A DNA stretch of 63,382 bases, filler included, from Choristocarpus tenellus KU-1152 (GCA_964200185.2; 8 parts of 8 records of this genome joined end to end with filler, not necessarily neighbours in it); one strand, 5' to 3'; shown: positions 24,251 through 44,807, counted from the whole stretch's first letter. Notes: generated by a model not told the origin, from the letters alone. Numbers and translations are program-made.

Positions 24251-27200
24251 CTACAACTGCAGTCCTCTTAGATGGGCCCTCAAGCAATCCAGCTCGCTCT
24301 CCACTTTCACTATAGTTTCTTCTCCCCCTTGAGCAGACTTGGGGTCCTGATCTTGAACCCCTTCAAGAGCGCCTGCCACTTTCCCTCCAAGTCCCGAAGG
24401 CAAACAAACCTGAGCGAGGCCAAGACCAAAAAAACAACTAAGACTGCAGAGGGTAGAAAGACTTGCAAGGGGATTGAATGCGTATTGCAATTGACTCAAT
24501 ACAACAAGCATGTCCTTCATTTGTTTGTTTGAAGCACTATGTTGCTTTTGGAAGGATGAATGATATTCTTAGATTCTGAACACAGACACCATGTACAGAA
24601 TTTATCTGCAGTATTACTATCGTTAAAACACAACCTGTGCATACCTCAGCTTTGCCCTTCCCTTTACTCTTCATGCTTGGCCCCTCATTTCCCTCCATGA
24701 TCCTCATCATGGTGGAGTTGGAGAGTCCTTTTCCATCATCATGCCCTTGATTTCCTGATGATCCTACTGCTTTCGTTTCAGGTGGCAATGTCATTGGCAC
24801 CGTTGAGGCCACATCTGATACCGTGGACTTTGTCATGATTGTTGTGTCTGAAGTTGTGGCAGAGGCCATTTCCTCTGCAGCCACAACACAGCCACTCTCC
24901 AGCACAGAGACAACACGTCCAGCACAGAGTCGCTTGGCCATATGCATCACCTGTTTGTGTCACATTGAACACGTACAGCGAGGGATGTGTAAGAAGGTCC
25001 GGCGCCAAGTTTCAGTGTCCAGGCTTTGCCAATAGTGCTAACACGAAACATTTTCACCAAAGGAATATACACAGCGTGTATTGAGTCAATTGTACCGTGT
25101 ATGATAGCTCATCTGACACATTTCTACATCTCAACAGTGGCATCTCTACAAACTCGCACACAAGCTCATCCTACAAAAAATAGCAAGTCAACAAAAAACA
25201 TAGAATCATCTCTATAGATTGTTCAAATATCTTGTTACAAACATGGCTATCGATAATATATGCTAGCAAATGGAAGGATGGGAGGTGAGGTGGAAGCGGA
25301 GCCTGGCACAAGGCCCAGCTCACAGAGTGTAACAAAATGGCACAAAAAAAGAGTAGAATCACCTGCAAAAATAATTGTCAAGAGATGAGACCTGCCCGCT
25401 CAAAGTCTACATTTCAGCTTTTTTTAAGCTTACAATAAATAAAAAGAAATAAAACCCATAAAATAAATAATAGCTAGTACGAAAAGGTCATGGGTGGGAG
25501 GTTTGGCAGGATGGGTTGGGTTCTTCTAGGCCCTTTGCTGGAGATTAGGGGGAAGAGATAATGGCACACACACAAAAATATGTAAATTGAAGCAGATTTG
25601 TATCTCTACTTAGAAATCAGGCTGCACTTCAACTTATTTCCCAGGTAGGGTCTTTCCTCTAGGCTCCACTGCTCCAACACTCCAGCTCTAGGACTACGAA
25701 CTCCAGACACTAGTAAACAAGCGACACACACACTCAAACACACACATGGTCAGGTTTCTAACTGTTTGCATTTCCGGTAAGGTCGGTGGGCTTAGGGTTA
25801 GGGTTACAGGAGTACAAGGTCAACTGTTACGCACTTCAGCACTGTATCGATTGATTGTTTTGAATTAACAAAGAATGGGACTGCTGTTTCAAGGCCCCAA
25901 AGCTATCATCACCTCTCTAGTGAGCCACTCGTAGTCGTCAGCATGCATTGAGCCCAGTCCACATGGATGACCTGCTCGCCCATCAAATGATGTAGAAAGC
26001 AAAATTAGCTCAGGTCTAAAGTCCTCAAGCACAGCCTGAAGAGCTGCCATTCCTCCCTCTTCTCCCTCCTCGTCGGTACCCATGCCTTGGCTATTCCTGA
26101 TGGTCCCCTGCAGGCCTTCCCTCGTCAGCCGTTCACCCACAGGGATGTCCACAGCATTAGGGTGATGGTCTCCCTTAGCGGACTGACCACGCCCTATTAC
26201 ATCAGAATGATGCCAACATTGGCAGAGTGGGAATCAATTTGAAGGATGAAGGAATGCATCCCATTGACTGAATATTCCAACCAGGGCCAAACATGCACAT
26301 CCTACTGGCTCAATGTTACAACTAGAGTTAAGTACGTTCTATTGGTTCAATATTACGAGTAGGAAAAACAAATGAATCGCTATTGGCTCAATGTTACAAA
26401 CAAGGTGGATAATTGTGCTCCATTGGCTTGATCCTATTAGAAGGGAAAATAAATGCATTATTTTGATCCAAGAATTGTGGCATGAAGCCCATGAGTGAAA
26501 GTATCTTAGAGGGTATGAGTTTTGCCCCGTTTGTCCATTTGGGGCTTGGCTTCTCATGAGTTCTTTAGTGACATTTTGCTACTCCAAAATGTTTAGGAGC
26601 AGGTAAAGTGTTTGTGTTATGAAAAAGTGTGTCAGGAACATGGATATTGACACTTCCTAACAAAAGCAATAGCCAAAATTATATCATAATCGCAACATCC
26701 GACTTTGGTCCCCAAATGGACGTGACTCTACCCTCTAAGATACTTTGACTCCCATTCTATCAGTGTATACATTCCACTTTGTAAAAATATGCTGCACATG
26801 CTTCCTTATATATCCAGGCATACACGCATGTTTCTTTTAGGCATAACTAATTTGTGTGCCTAACAGAGTTATACACTTTTGAAACAGCAAGGAAAAATAT
26901 GAAATACCACTATGAATGTCGATATATGAAAAGCATATTCAAAATAAATACATTGCATTCCCAAGGACCATTTTATGTCATTAAAAGGTACTGTACACTA
27001 GAATACTGCCTTCCTCTTGATGACAACAAAAATGCTGTAAGTTCCTCATCACCTTCGTGGTTCGGGGCCAGGGAGGCATACAGGAATGAGGGATCCAGTG
27101 TCCGACAAAGGATGTCCCTTGTGCCACAATGTGAGTGAACATCGAAGTCCACAATTGCCACTCTATGAACAGACCTGAAGGAGTTGGAGCATGGCAAGAG

Positions 27201-29895
27201 ATGAAACCACAAAATTAAAACAATATAAATTAAATGGTAAAACGGTAAGAATGGTTTGAATTGAATGGGAAGAAAAACAAGGTTTGTAAAAGGTATGCCA
27301 CAAGGCGGTCGCCAGAGGGTGTAGCACCAATTAACTGGGGAACGGATTCTTAGACTCACTTAATACATAGCTAAAAATTAATCACTAAAATATGCGTAAT
27401 GATGCACACAGACACACACCAGGTCTTGTGACAACAATGACAAAGTGATATTTGATTCATCATAGAAGGCAAGAAGCGGCATTCATGGTTTACATTTGAA
27501 GTCAATACCCAACCCTCACATAGTATACTTGAACTAGATCAACCTTGGATTACCCGCTATCCATACACGCCCATGGTGATGATACCCCTAACCCTAACCC
27601 TAACCCTAACAACGAATGCACTTACATGCAGAAATGGATAAGTATTATTTCCAACTGTTGTGTAGGATTCAACTGCTGATGAGGCACTCACAAACAAACA
27701 ATGCTTTGTACCCCCTGATCAACAACATACAGCAGAATCATACCCAAACCCCTTATTCTCACCACTGGTGACGTGCATGGAGAGCCCCAACAGCAATGTT
27801 ATTGACAGCACAAGGCCAACCCCTCTCCCTCGCTAAACCTTCGGGAGTCCCCATGTAAGCAGTGGAGTAGTGCCCATACCCATAGCTGGAGGCATGACGA
27901 CCTGGGGTTTCTACAACACAGAGGGCATTAACTGCTCGCCCGGAAATCACCTCCCCCACAGCTTCAGCCACACAGGTGACAGAGGACACTGCCCCGCCCC
28001 ACTGTGCCCAGCCCCTTGTTGAGAGGCGGGACAGGAAGTCAGGGGTGTGGGCCTGTCCCATGAGTGTCTGTCGTTGGGGAGGTCAGGGTTAGGGTTATGG
28101 TAAAATATATGAAGAATAATGTGCAGTACAATAATAAATAAACACTGATACAAAAATACACATTTTCATTTGATTATGAAATCCTCGAGTAGAAATCAAA
28201 ACATTCAAAAATAAAAAATCAAGATTAGTATCAGCAGAAATATGTGAGTAGGTAAGGGCCAGCAGCTCAGTGGGTAGGGTGTGCGGTGAACTGTTGTATG
28301 GGTTATTCAGAATCCTTCTGCTTTGTGTCGGGGAGAAATAGGAAGGATATTTTCAATCACATTACTATAAATACCATCGTATTGCACTCATCACTAATAT
28401 TGTTAGTGCATCAACATTCTGGGATCAGACAGGGATAATAGGTATGTCCTCCAAGAATGAAACAAAATCTGAGTATGCTTCAAGGAAAATGCATGTAACA
28501 CACACTGCATACCTCCTCATTAACAGCATGCCCCCACGGGCCCCAGAATCTGGTCCCCTCCCGTGATGATGCCCTTGTACCAGCCTTTCTAAGCCTCACG
28601 CCAACAGGGAGCACATCCGAACAAAGCTTGCTGCAGAGTGCAGTACAGAGCTGCCGGCCACCGGAACATGACACACTCAACCCTGCCCCAGCACCATCTA
28701 CCTGCCCCTTGGCCTTGTCATCACCTGCTCTCGACCCTGTAGCCTCCTCTGACCGTGGCTCTGCCCCAGGGCTGCCCCAGGACCCAGAGCCGGTCCCAGA
28801 TTCAGCCACAGAGCTTGTGTTCACACTCTTACAAACCTCCGGCCTTAGCACGAGCGTCCAGCAGACTTCACCCTCCTCCTTCTGCTGTGAACTTGGGGAG
28901 GCAGTTTTGCTACTTACAATGCCTTCCATATCACTAGTGGTACTACCCTTACCATTAGACGCATGAAGCGATGTCAAACGAACCAAAGACCCTTCCTGTT
29001 TTTCCCCACTTCCACAACCGCTGCCAACACCTACCCCATCTCCCCTCCCCCCCTCTTCCTTGTGCTCTTGAGCACACTTAATAGCTCGCTCCAGCAAGAG
29101 ACCACGGACAGCAGCCCACTCACGTGCAGCACGGTTGAGACTCTGGGCCTGCGATAGCATCTCTGCAAGAGCCAGGTCACCCCCCCCTCCAGTCTTCGTG
29201 TTCCAGTCTTCTTGTTGAGTACCCTGGCCCGCCACACCACGGATAGCAGCAGCACGGCTAGGGGTGGCACCAGACGTGGATACAGCGACTGCATGGACCG
29301 AGGCAGCAGTAGACACTTCAGCACTACCCAATGGAGGGGCAGGGGCACCAGTGGGGCGAGTCAATTGATCAGTGAGGCTCCTGCTGTCACTTGTCGCCCC
29401 AGAACCAGAATCTGGGCTGGCGTTGGCCCCACCAATATCAACAGCTACGCCAGTGCTTCCTGCTGAATCCTTTGCACCAGGTGTCATCACAGCAGCCGCA
29501 GACAAAGAACTTATCTCATTGGATAGCGGTAACAGTTTGTTGCCCTTGTCTCCATCCCTGTCAACATTATCAGTATTGCTACCAGCAGCTTGTGGCGTTT
29601 CCTCACCACCTGCTTGACTATAAGTAGCAATGGGTAACGATGACGGTTCACCAGTGCTGGTAGTTGTCAAGGCTAATGCCAATGGCACCCCAACTGTGGC
29701 AACAGGTACAGGGGTTGAGGCTTCCTCAGCCTCTACAGTCAACACAGCTGTTGCAGCCTCAGCTGCAGCAAGGGAAGCAGTGGCAGCTGCATCTTGCTCT
29801 GCCCTGAGTGATTCAACAGCCTCCCTCTCCCTGCGGTCAACATCAGCCATCCTACGGGCCTTGTCCTCCTTGGCTGCTTGAAGAGCAGCCTCCAC
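24251..29895 (-). CDS. Class II histone deacetylase-fold protein with a degenerate active site (candidate pseudo-HDAC), 5' partial
   Basis: Six GT-AG exons join in frame (852 codons): 29895-28513, 28067-27763, 27174-27053, 26193-25913, 24950-24645, 24409-24251 (TAG). HDAC motifs appear in order: AHTPDFL, NALCVVETPGRHA, AVNNIAVGALHA, RVAIVDFDVH, FRPELILLSTSFD, DDYEWLT, GRVVSVLESGC, RAHLRGL. Confidence 0.85.
26493..26751 (-). mobile_element. MITE family A in an intron of the HDAC-like gene
   Basis: Complete TIRs and a perfect 4-bp TSD CCAT. Confidence 0.9.
27586..27610 (+). repeat. Interstitial telomeric repeat (CCCTAA)4
   Basis: ccctaaccctaaccctaaccctaac inside an intron. Confidence 0.8.
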
Positions 29896-30144
29896 CTATT
29901 GAGTGATATACCAAGATCATCGTGAGGAGGGGGACAATTTATCTATGTATATAGTACCAATACATACATCCATAATGCAGTAAAATACTAACTGGCTCGA
30001 TCAAACATACAGACTGTATTTATTCGTATGAAAGTTCGTTTTTCCTATTATGATATCTTGCCCCTCCAAAGTGTGCTGTGTGTGTACGGGCTTAGGGATG
30101 GCAGTCATTAGCATTACATGTGGGGGGGCATTATCAAAGTAGGG

Positions 30145-30244
30145 NNNNNNNNNNNNNNNNNNNNNNNNNNNNNNNNNNNNNNNNNNNNTTAATTAATTAA
30201 NNNNNNNNNNNNNNNNNNNNNNNNNNNNNNNNNNNNNNNNNNNN
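30145..30244. other. Artificial contig spacer
   Basis: 44 N + TTAATTAATTAA + 44 N. Confidence 0.97.
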
Positions 30245-30317
30245 CTCCCCTACACCCCACAATCACTTTCATATGCCTTGTTTTGACACAATCAATATAT
30301 CCTACGCACTAATGCAG

Positions 30318-33052
30318 GTTCGAATAAGGTGCAGGGACTATGTGGAACAGATCGCTATTTTCCACAATCGTCTAGCGGTACGCCTTCCTGACAAGGTATC
30401 AATTCCCTTTCACCGCCATCACCACTCCAGTACCCTGCTCTTACCCTCTAGCATGAAGAGTGACTCAAGTGCTCTATCTCAATAACTTCGGGATCAATTC
30501 AACTCCTTTTGTTCTCATCCGATGTCTAGATCAGGGGCTCAGTTGTTGTCCCTCCAGGTGCTGTACTCCCCTGCCATAGGTGTCATTGATTGCTCCCTTT
30601 CCATCTAGGAAGTACTCTGCGATTTGCTCAAGTCAAAGCAAATTATACATCATGCCAGATTTGCCTTGAGCTAGCTTCTTGATGTCAGTCCTGCTTTTGT
30701 CACACTAAGCACAACTCTGGTCTTGGCGAGACAGGTGAATGTGTATGAGCTCACACATCCTGAAGACAGTTATGATATGCACTACCGGATCAAGGAAAAG
30801 CTGAACATTCCATCCCCTTCGCTGCATTGCAGTTGGGGATTGAGGCGGAATGGAAACCCTCCACCTATAATATCCCCAGCAGTGGCTCCTGCATCAACTG
30901 TGGATGGGGAAGCAAAGAGAAACACAGACCGGGAAGGAGGGAGGGGAAGGGGTGAGAGAGGGGGGGGAACAAGAGGGTCAGGACTAGGAGGAGACAAAGG
31001 AGAGAGGAAAGATGGTCGGGGCAGTATCATGGATAAAATGGGTGATCCAGATGGTGAAGAAGAAAACAGAGGGCAGCTAGGAGCAGGGGTGCAAGGCGGG
31101 AATGAGGCCGAGGGGGACTTTCTTATGGTCACATACAAACATGTGGCCTTGTGCCAGGGTCATGTCCTGCAACTCTATAACTTTGATGGTGTGAAGGTGA
31201 TGGACCCACTGGAAGCTATCATATTAAAAATAATCTATCCTTCTCAGTATACTCTCACCCCAAGCCCTTGTTCACTGGTGCTGCTTTGACTTGGTTGGTT
31301 GTATTGTGTTCATCACTTCCTCAAGGTTGCAATGTTAATGAGCTACCGCAACTTCACTTTCTCCCAAGCAGCACCTTCACCCCCAACTCATTTCCTCATA
31401 TCCTATCAACTCCTGATTCACCACAGGAACGAGAGTGGGTTCTAGGGGCTCGTGTGTGCTGCATGAGGGTAAACGGAGGTCCGCCAGGTGGTGAGGCCTT
31501 ACTTCTTGGAACGGAAGAGGGCTCTGTGTTGCAGGTGCCATGCCAAGGACAAAACTCAGGAGGAGAAAATTCATAAATGCCTGCCCTTCGGCAGTCAACA
31601 GTTGTTGATTGGGGCGTTACTGGTGAACGAAATCGTAATGGTTCTCTCTGCAGTCTCCATTGTTTTGGTCTCATCACACGCAATAAATGACAGTACTCTT
31701 GAGTACTTGATTGTCATGCTGATTTCCTCTCTGCAGTCCAGAAGTAAGAGCCTTTGTAGCAAGTTACATTGCGGGGCTTGTGCTTGGCATTAATTCCATT
31801 CAAAATGGGAATGATGTAGATTTTTTGCCATTGGGCTCTAAGACTCTATAGTTAGACCTCAACACCTGCAAAGACTGTCAGCCTTGATGCAATTACCCCT
31901 GTCCTGCCCCATTAACTTTGCCATAGACAACAAACGTAAGTCCTTTCAAGGAATGGAAAGGTTGTGATCTTTTGACCCCTCTGAGGTCGCACCAGGGACA
32001 CGCACGCAAGAGACATGAGTCAAAGTATCTTAGAGGGTACGTCCAAATGGGGGTCAAAATCCAATGTTACGATTTTGATATAATTTTGGCTATTGTGTTT
32101 GTTAGGAAGTGTCAATATCCTTGCTCCGGATACACCTTTTCATAACGTTTACATTTTACCTATTCCGAAACAGTTTGGGGTAGGAAAATGTCATTGAAAA
32201 AACCGTGGCAAGTCAAGCCCCAAACGGACAAAAAAGGGCAAAACTCGTACCCTCTAAGATATTTTCACTCACATAATTCGTGAAATTCTCTACTGTGTAC
32301 AAATCTTCAACTCACCAACTCAGAATATGAACATCTCTTGTGACAAAGGAGAGATACTTTGGGACAGTTCTTCACTACAACAACAAAATAATTGACAGTG
32401 CTTGCTTAAATTTACATTCTCAGAGTGTTCAAAGTCCACTCCCTTCCATCTTTTCCTCTCTTTTTCCCACACAGCAGAGGTAAAGATCAAAATTTGAACA
32501 AGTTGGTATCTGATCAAACTGATATGGCCAAACCCTCCAAGACATGAGTCTACTATCCTCCATCACACATGTCATGTCATCATCCCCTTATCAACCTCAC
32601 CCCTTGACCTCTCTCCTCCCCTGCAATTCCCTGTGTTAATCGACAACAACATCTCAATTCTCCTCTTATGTTGGAAGATTTTCATGAACAATCCATTTCC
32701 CATAGAATTGGTCAAGATCCTTGAGGCGGTGGTGTGCTGTGACATGTCACTTGACAGACAAGAGGTGAGAAGGGCAACATTTTGGTGCAGTGAGTGGAAG
32801 AATTCAGAAGCATCAGGACTTCACTTGAAGAGTATCAAGAAAGTTAATACCTTCAATCATTTGCACACATTTAGAGACCATGCCCCTCTCCCAATGAAAT
32901 GTATATTTTTCTCAGTCTTCAGATCTCTTCAACTATCCAGTAGGCCCAGAGACACCGCAAGACCCACTCATTAACCTAACTGTACCCCCCCCCCGCTATC
33001 ATTCAATGCCAACACATTGATGCACCTCCAGGTAGCAGTGGTGGATAAAAAT
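30318..33052 (+). CDS. IFT122: Intraflagellar transport protein 122 (IFT-A, WD40), internal fragment
   Basis: Phase-0 GT-AG exons 30318-30395, 30735-31196, 31427-31534, 32678-32764 and 33032-33052 give VRIRCRDYV..IAIFHNRLAVRLPDK, YEL..DMHYRIKEK, LCQ..LQLYNFDGVKEREW, VNGGPPGGEALLLG, IFMNNPFPIEL, CCDMS..VAVVDKN, matching IFT122 motif for motif. Confidence 0.92.
32017..32270 (+). mobile_element. MITE family A in an IFT122 intron
   Basis: Complete TIRs and a perfect 4-bp TSD ACAT. Confidence 0.9.
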
Positions 33053-33152
33053 NNNNNNNNNNNNNNNNNNNNNNNNNNNNNNNNNNNNNNNNNNNNTTAA
33101 TTAATTAANNNNNNNNNNNNNNNNNNNNNNNNNNNNNNNNNNNNNNNNNNNN
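33053..33152. other. Artificial contig spacer
   Basis: 44 N + TTAATTAATTAA + 44 N. Confidence 0.97.
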
Positions 33153-34339
33153 CCCCCCCCCCCGGTCAACAACCGGGAGGGAGGTTTCAACAAGTCGAAA
33201 CCTAACGCTAATATCCCCTTTACAACTTTTTTGAAAATTCCACTCAAATATGCAGCAATTGAGAGTTAATGGGTGATACCAGGTCGGAATGTAAAACCAG
33301 GATTGATACACCCTGAATTGACTCAAAGTCCCTTCTGATAATTGCAGCCAACTACTGTCCTCTGCCCTCTCTACTCTATTGCTTCTTGGTGTGTTTAGTG
33401 TAGCTTTAAATTAGGTCGGACGTTGGTCGGAGGAAGAACTACAATGCAACATATGTAAGGGTGGTAGTAGAGTAGTACATCATCCCTTACAAATAATTAA
33501 ATGAGATATATTTTTTTGGAAAATCGTATTTTTGTCGTTGGTTTTTGGTTGGTTTTGGTTGATTTTGATTGATTTTGATTTATGAAGGAGGAAAACACAA
33601 CACACAAAACATTAGTTGATGGTTGACCCAATACTGAGATTCTCTAATTTGTTTCTTGGGTACATTTGTTTCATAACATCGATCTACGAGTGAGTATAGT
33701 TCATCACTTCTTCATGTATTTGTTTGTGTTGTAGGATCACATATGATGTCCTATATCATGCATGATATTTTCATGCTTCCTGAATAGATAATATCCAACC
33801 TTTCTTAGGCCCTATCCCGTACACACATGTACAACATAGGTCGTACGAAGATTAGATTTCCAAGCAGCACCTTTCCTTCCTTTCCCATATTCCCCTGTAT
33901 CTTCATCCTCATGAGTCCAGAGGAACGAATATAAAAAGTATTATTTCGGATAAGTATGTTCCTGACCAGTGTGAGTCAAGTTGGAGTTTATTCACTTCAA
34001 AGATATATTCCAAATATATCAATTATTAACATTGTATTTATTATGCCCTCTGACATTTTGCGGATGTATCAGGGAAAAGGCCAAACCAATATCGCAGTGA
34101 TTCCTGTAAGAGTAACAGCTGTCATAAATGTGAAAGATATCTATTTATTATATACTATTTGAATACCCGCCATACTACAACACCCCCCTAAAGGTTGGTA
34201 ATATCTATGTTATGCGTACATTACTGCTATACCTCCAACCTAGTTTAGCCCTACCCAAGTGAGTGAGGAGCTAGGGAATTATCACGAGAATCTGACAGGC
34301 CCCTTCTCGCCCATCTGCCTGGAGTCTCCACCTCGAAAT

Positions 34340-34530
34340 GCATGATGACACGTCTCGAGAGTCACTTGTGTAGTAACAGACACTATATATTGTAAGCAGG
34401 GTTTGGCAGCTCCTTTCCTACTGGAACTCCCTCCCCTCTCCTCTCCACTGCATATATATGTAGTCAACTCATCCAGAAAATCTTCTGCTTGCTTACCAAG
34501 GTACCTAAAACTATCCATTGTGAAGGTATT
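34340..34530 (-). mobile_element. 3' fragment of an RLE-type (CRE-like) non-LTR retrotransposon ORF
   Basis: FTMDSFRYLGKQAEDFLDEL..GGSSSRKGAAK.CLQYIVSVTTQV resembles the C-terminus after the restriction-like endonuclease (ESFGRLGxE...RKG..KE.L.QI.SVTTQVA) of brown-algal CRE-like elements, as recalled. Confidence 0.6.
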
Positions 34531-36342
34531 GAGTAATTATGTTAGTATATAAATTATCCTATTAATAATACATTGTATTATTCAAAGTAATCAATATTAT
34601 TTCTACTTACAAATACTGCAACCAGTATTGATAATATACTGCAACATTCCAACTACTACCACCACTACTGCTATCAGCCTTCTTTCTTCTTGGTTGTATG
34701 TACACTATTATTATTGGAATAATGCCTTCATTGGCAAGCAATACAGACCATGCTGAGTTGTTAAGTGTTTCTCCCTGTATGTTGTCGTTCCTTCTTTGTC
34801 CACCGTGACATTTCATCCTTCGAAGTATCACTATTTATCTGTCTACAAAACGACAGAGGGAACAAAAATGTATATAATACAGAGTATGTGTTTATTAGGA
34901 CGTAACTATTAATAGTAGTGAATCAAAACCATTTATGATTAGTATAATGAGTCGAATTGAAACATTTTAACACACTCAATACAATCGAAATTTACCAGCC
35001 ATCCACTTGTGGAAGCGCTCGAGACCGCGATTCACGACAAAAGGCGTAGGTCGCCAAAGTGCAAACTCTTGTCGATCCTTGTTCGATTACATCATGGACT
35101 TTCACCTTGCCCTGGGTTTAAAACCAAGAATTGAGTAAACCAGGAAGGCCTCCTCAAGACCTTGAGCAAATACTCTCGATATTATGGATATGCGCCATCC
35201 ATAACACAGCTGATACTTACTTGTTGTATCCAATCAGATACTTCCAAATACAACTGAAAGTGGCGTTTTTGTCTCATGCCAGTTCCGTGGCACTTTCTTC
35301 CCTCTGATCCTTCAACAAAAGAGTCCAAAACAGAAAGAAGAGGGAGAGGAAGCTGCGAAGCAAAGAATTCCTTGACAAAATGCTACTAGCTAGACAGACC
35401 AGACAAAACATTTTCTACCACTTCGCTCCCAAATCCACCTGACATATAGATAACAATCTCGCAGTATGAGGAGTGTTATGAATACTAAGAAGTATATTTA
35501 TATTTCTTCTGCTATACACACCGTCACCTTCAGATGAGAATATCACAACAGCACCAGCCTACCAGGACAGACTATCAGTCGGTCAGAAAAATTTGAGAAA
35601 ACGAAGAATATTGTCAATCTAAAATCCAACACACTCACACATGATGAGGACACTCCAGTAAGGAGGTCACCCTTTCTTTGATACACCTTCTCGATTGAAC
35701 GACTGGTCAGTCAAAATAGGACCAAGGTACACTCATGCAACTCCTGTAAGTTATTGTTAATAGAGTAATGAAAATGGGGAATGGTAACAGGAGGTGAGGA
35801 ACTTCAAACTAACTCAATAAAAAAATATCGGATCATCGAACATATTTTTCTTCAAATATGGTCACATCGTCAACGAAATGACGATTCTCCACAATCAAAC
35901 TCTCTACCAAAGTGTTCCGAACATCAATAAATGGTATTAGCCAAATAAACGCATGATCCTCCTCAAAGTAGCTAACTATATGTGCAGTTACAGATACAAC
36001 CTACCTCAAACGTGTCTTGATAGCCCCTCTCCTACTATAGCCCCCTGCCCCTCTCCTCTCTACCACATGGGTGGCCAACTCCTCAAGGAAGCTCTCTGCA
36101 TAGTTACCCAAGGGTTCAAAACTTTCCACGAAGAAAGTTTTGAGATTAATACGTATCATACTGTATCCATCCTATGAAGAACAGGTGGTACAAAAATAAT
36201 ATTTGTACAGAGAGTGCGTTTCGCATGACCTGTGACGTGAGGTGTGGGGATTAGTTAGTAGGACCGAACCCTAAATTTCAACGTTATATTTACTACAACG
36301 ACGCTCCGTCCTCACGTGGGGGTGTCTCCCGCTCGATGAGGG

Positions 36343-43420
<7,078 letters not shown>

Positions 43421-44084
43421 ACCATTCCTAACATGAAATTACTGTGTAGTAGGGCGGATTGAGGATGCAGACGGGTACATGGCTGTGCCGTACACATCAC
43501 TCCAGCCTAAAGTCTACCTTGACAATGATCACATTCCTGAATTTCAATGAAGTACATGTATTGTCATCAAGATGTACAGGTGGTTTCACGGCAAATTCAG
43601 TAGCACTTCCACATCATATCTTTCCATGATATGATGGTGTCTGTATGAGCCAGAAGAATACATCTGAGGGATGGTTTGTCCCTTGTTCTCGGGTGGCTAC
43701 TTCCCCTCTGGTCACCTACCCGTCCCTCCGCACATCTTGTTCATGACTTTCTAACCTCTTCCCATCACCGCCCAGGCTGGGAAAAAGAGGGAGTGAGCAC
43801 GACATAACTACTTCCATATGATACATATATGTAAAGAGGGGAATCAGGACCATTCCCTCTTAGGTATCTGAGTATGTGAGAAGTATATCAATGTTCAGTT
43901 CAATGAACAGTAAGGGCGACTCTTGCGTTTTTTTGTTGTTCTTAAGTTGTGCTAAGAGAAACAAATAGTTGGATTGGCAATAGTCACACCAATAAAATGG
44001 CACGACAATTTAAGAATGAATCTCCATTGGCTCAATGCGACTAGAGTCTACGACATCGATTTAGTCATATACTGTACCTTGTTT

Positions 44085-44317
44085 GAACCAAAGTAAACGA
44101 GAGGTGCTTAGAGTTGCATTTTCAGGATGCTGGCAAGTAGTTGCAAAATCCGACTTTTCTTAATTCTGTCCAAACGTTTCAAACAATAGAGAATCCAACG
44201 TTCTCGAGTCAAACTTAGCACTTCTCCATAGAAACATGTGTGAATTATACCGATTGAAAAACTGTATTAAAAATGCAAAAACTCCAAAACATGGGTACCT
44301 CTTGTTTACTTTGACCT
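44085..44317 (+). mobile_element. MITE family E
   Basis: gaaccaaagtaaacgagaggt ... acctcttgtttactttgacc inverted termini; colinear with 62283-62545. Confidence 0.7.
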
Positions 44318-44573
44318 TTGACCACACAGAATCGACCCAACAACCTCTTTGCAATGTGACTTTCTCTATCCCATTGAATCTTTTCCTGAATTATGCTTCG
44401 AAGCGATCTTCTTGGTATGATCCTGTGGAGATCGATTCTATACCACGTATGGGTAAGTTTAATACACTTCTGATGCTGTTCATTTATTGAAGGGTTCATA
44501 CATACAGCACACTGAAGGCTGTCAATGAAACAAGGGTGTGTTGAAACTGGCTGAGAAAATAATTTCAGATACT

Positions 44574-44807
44574 GAGTCAAACCAACTGAGAGGTAGCGAG
44601 TTAAGGATCCCGATAAAGAGCAAGAAGATATCATTTTGTACAACTGTAAAAAGAACCTTTGCCGAATTGTGTCACCTTGTGTGTGGAAAGGGGGAATCTC
44701 AATTTTGCATACACTATTGTATACGTTTAAGTATCTCACAGGGTAAGAACAATTGCTTACAATACAAAAAGGGTCAAAACCTGCTCACGTCCCAATAGGT
44801 TTGGCTC
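44574..44807 (+). mobile_element. MITE family B
   Basis: gagtcaaaccaactgagaggtag ... ggtttggctc; colinear with 18626-18880. Confidence 0.72.

Noticed and set aside
33165-33324. Possible further MITE end (…gaattgactc) at a contig start
   Set aside because: There is only one terminus and no second copy in the window.
35030-35750. Coding-like stretch (RVQNRKKRERKLRSKEFLDKMLL)
   Set aside because: It has many stops and no identifiable family, so it cannot be supported as a gene or TE.
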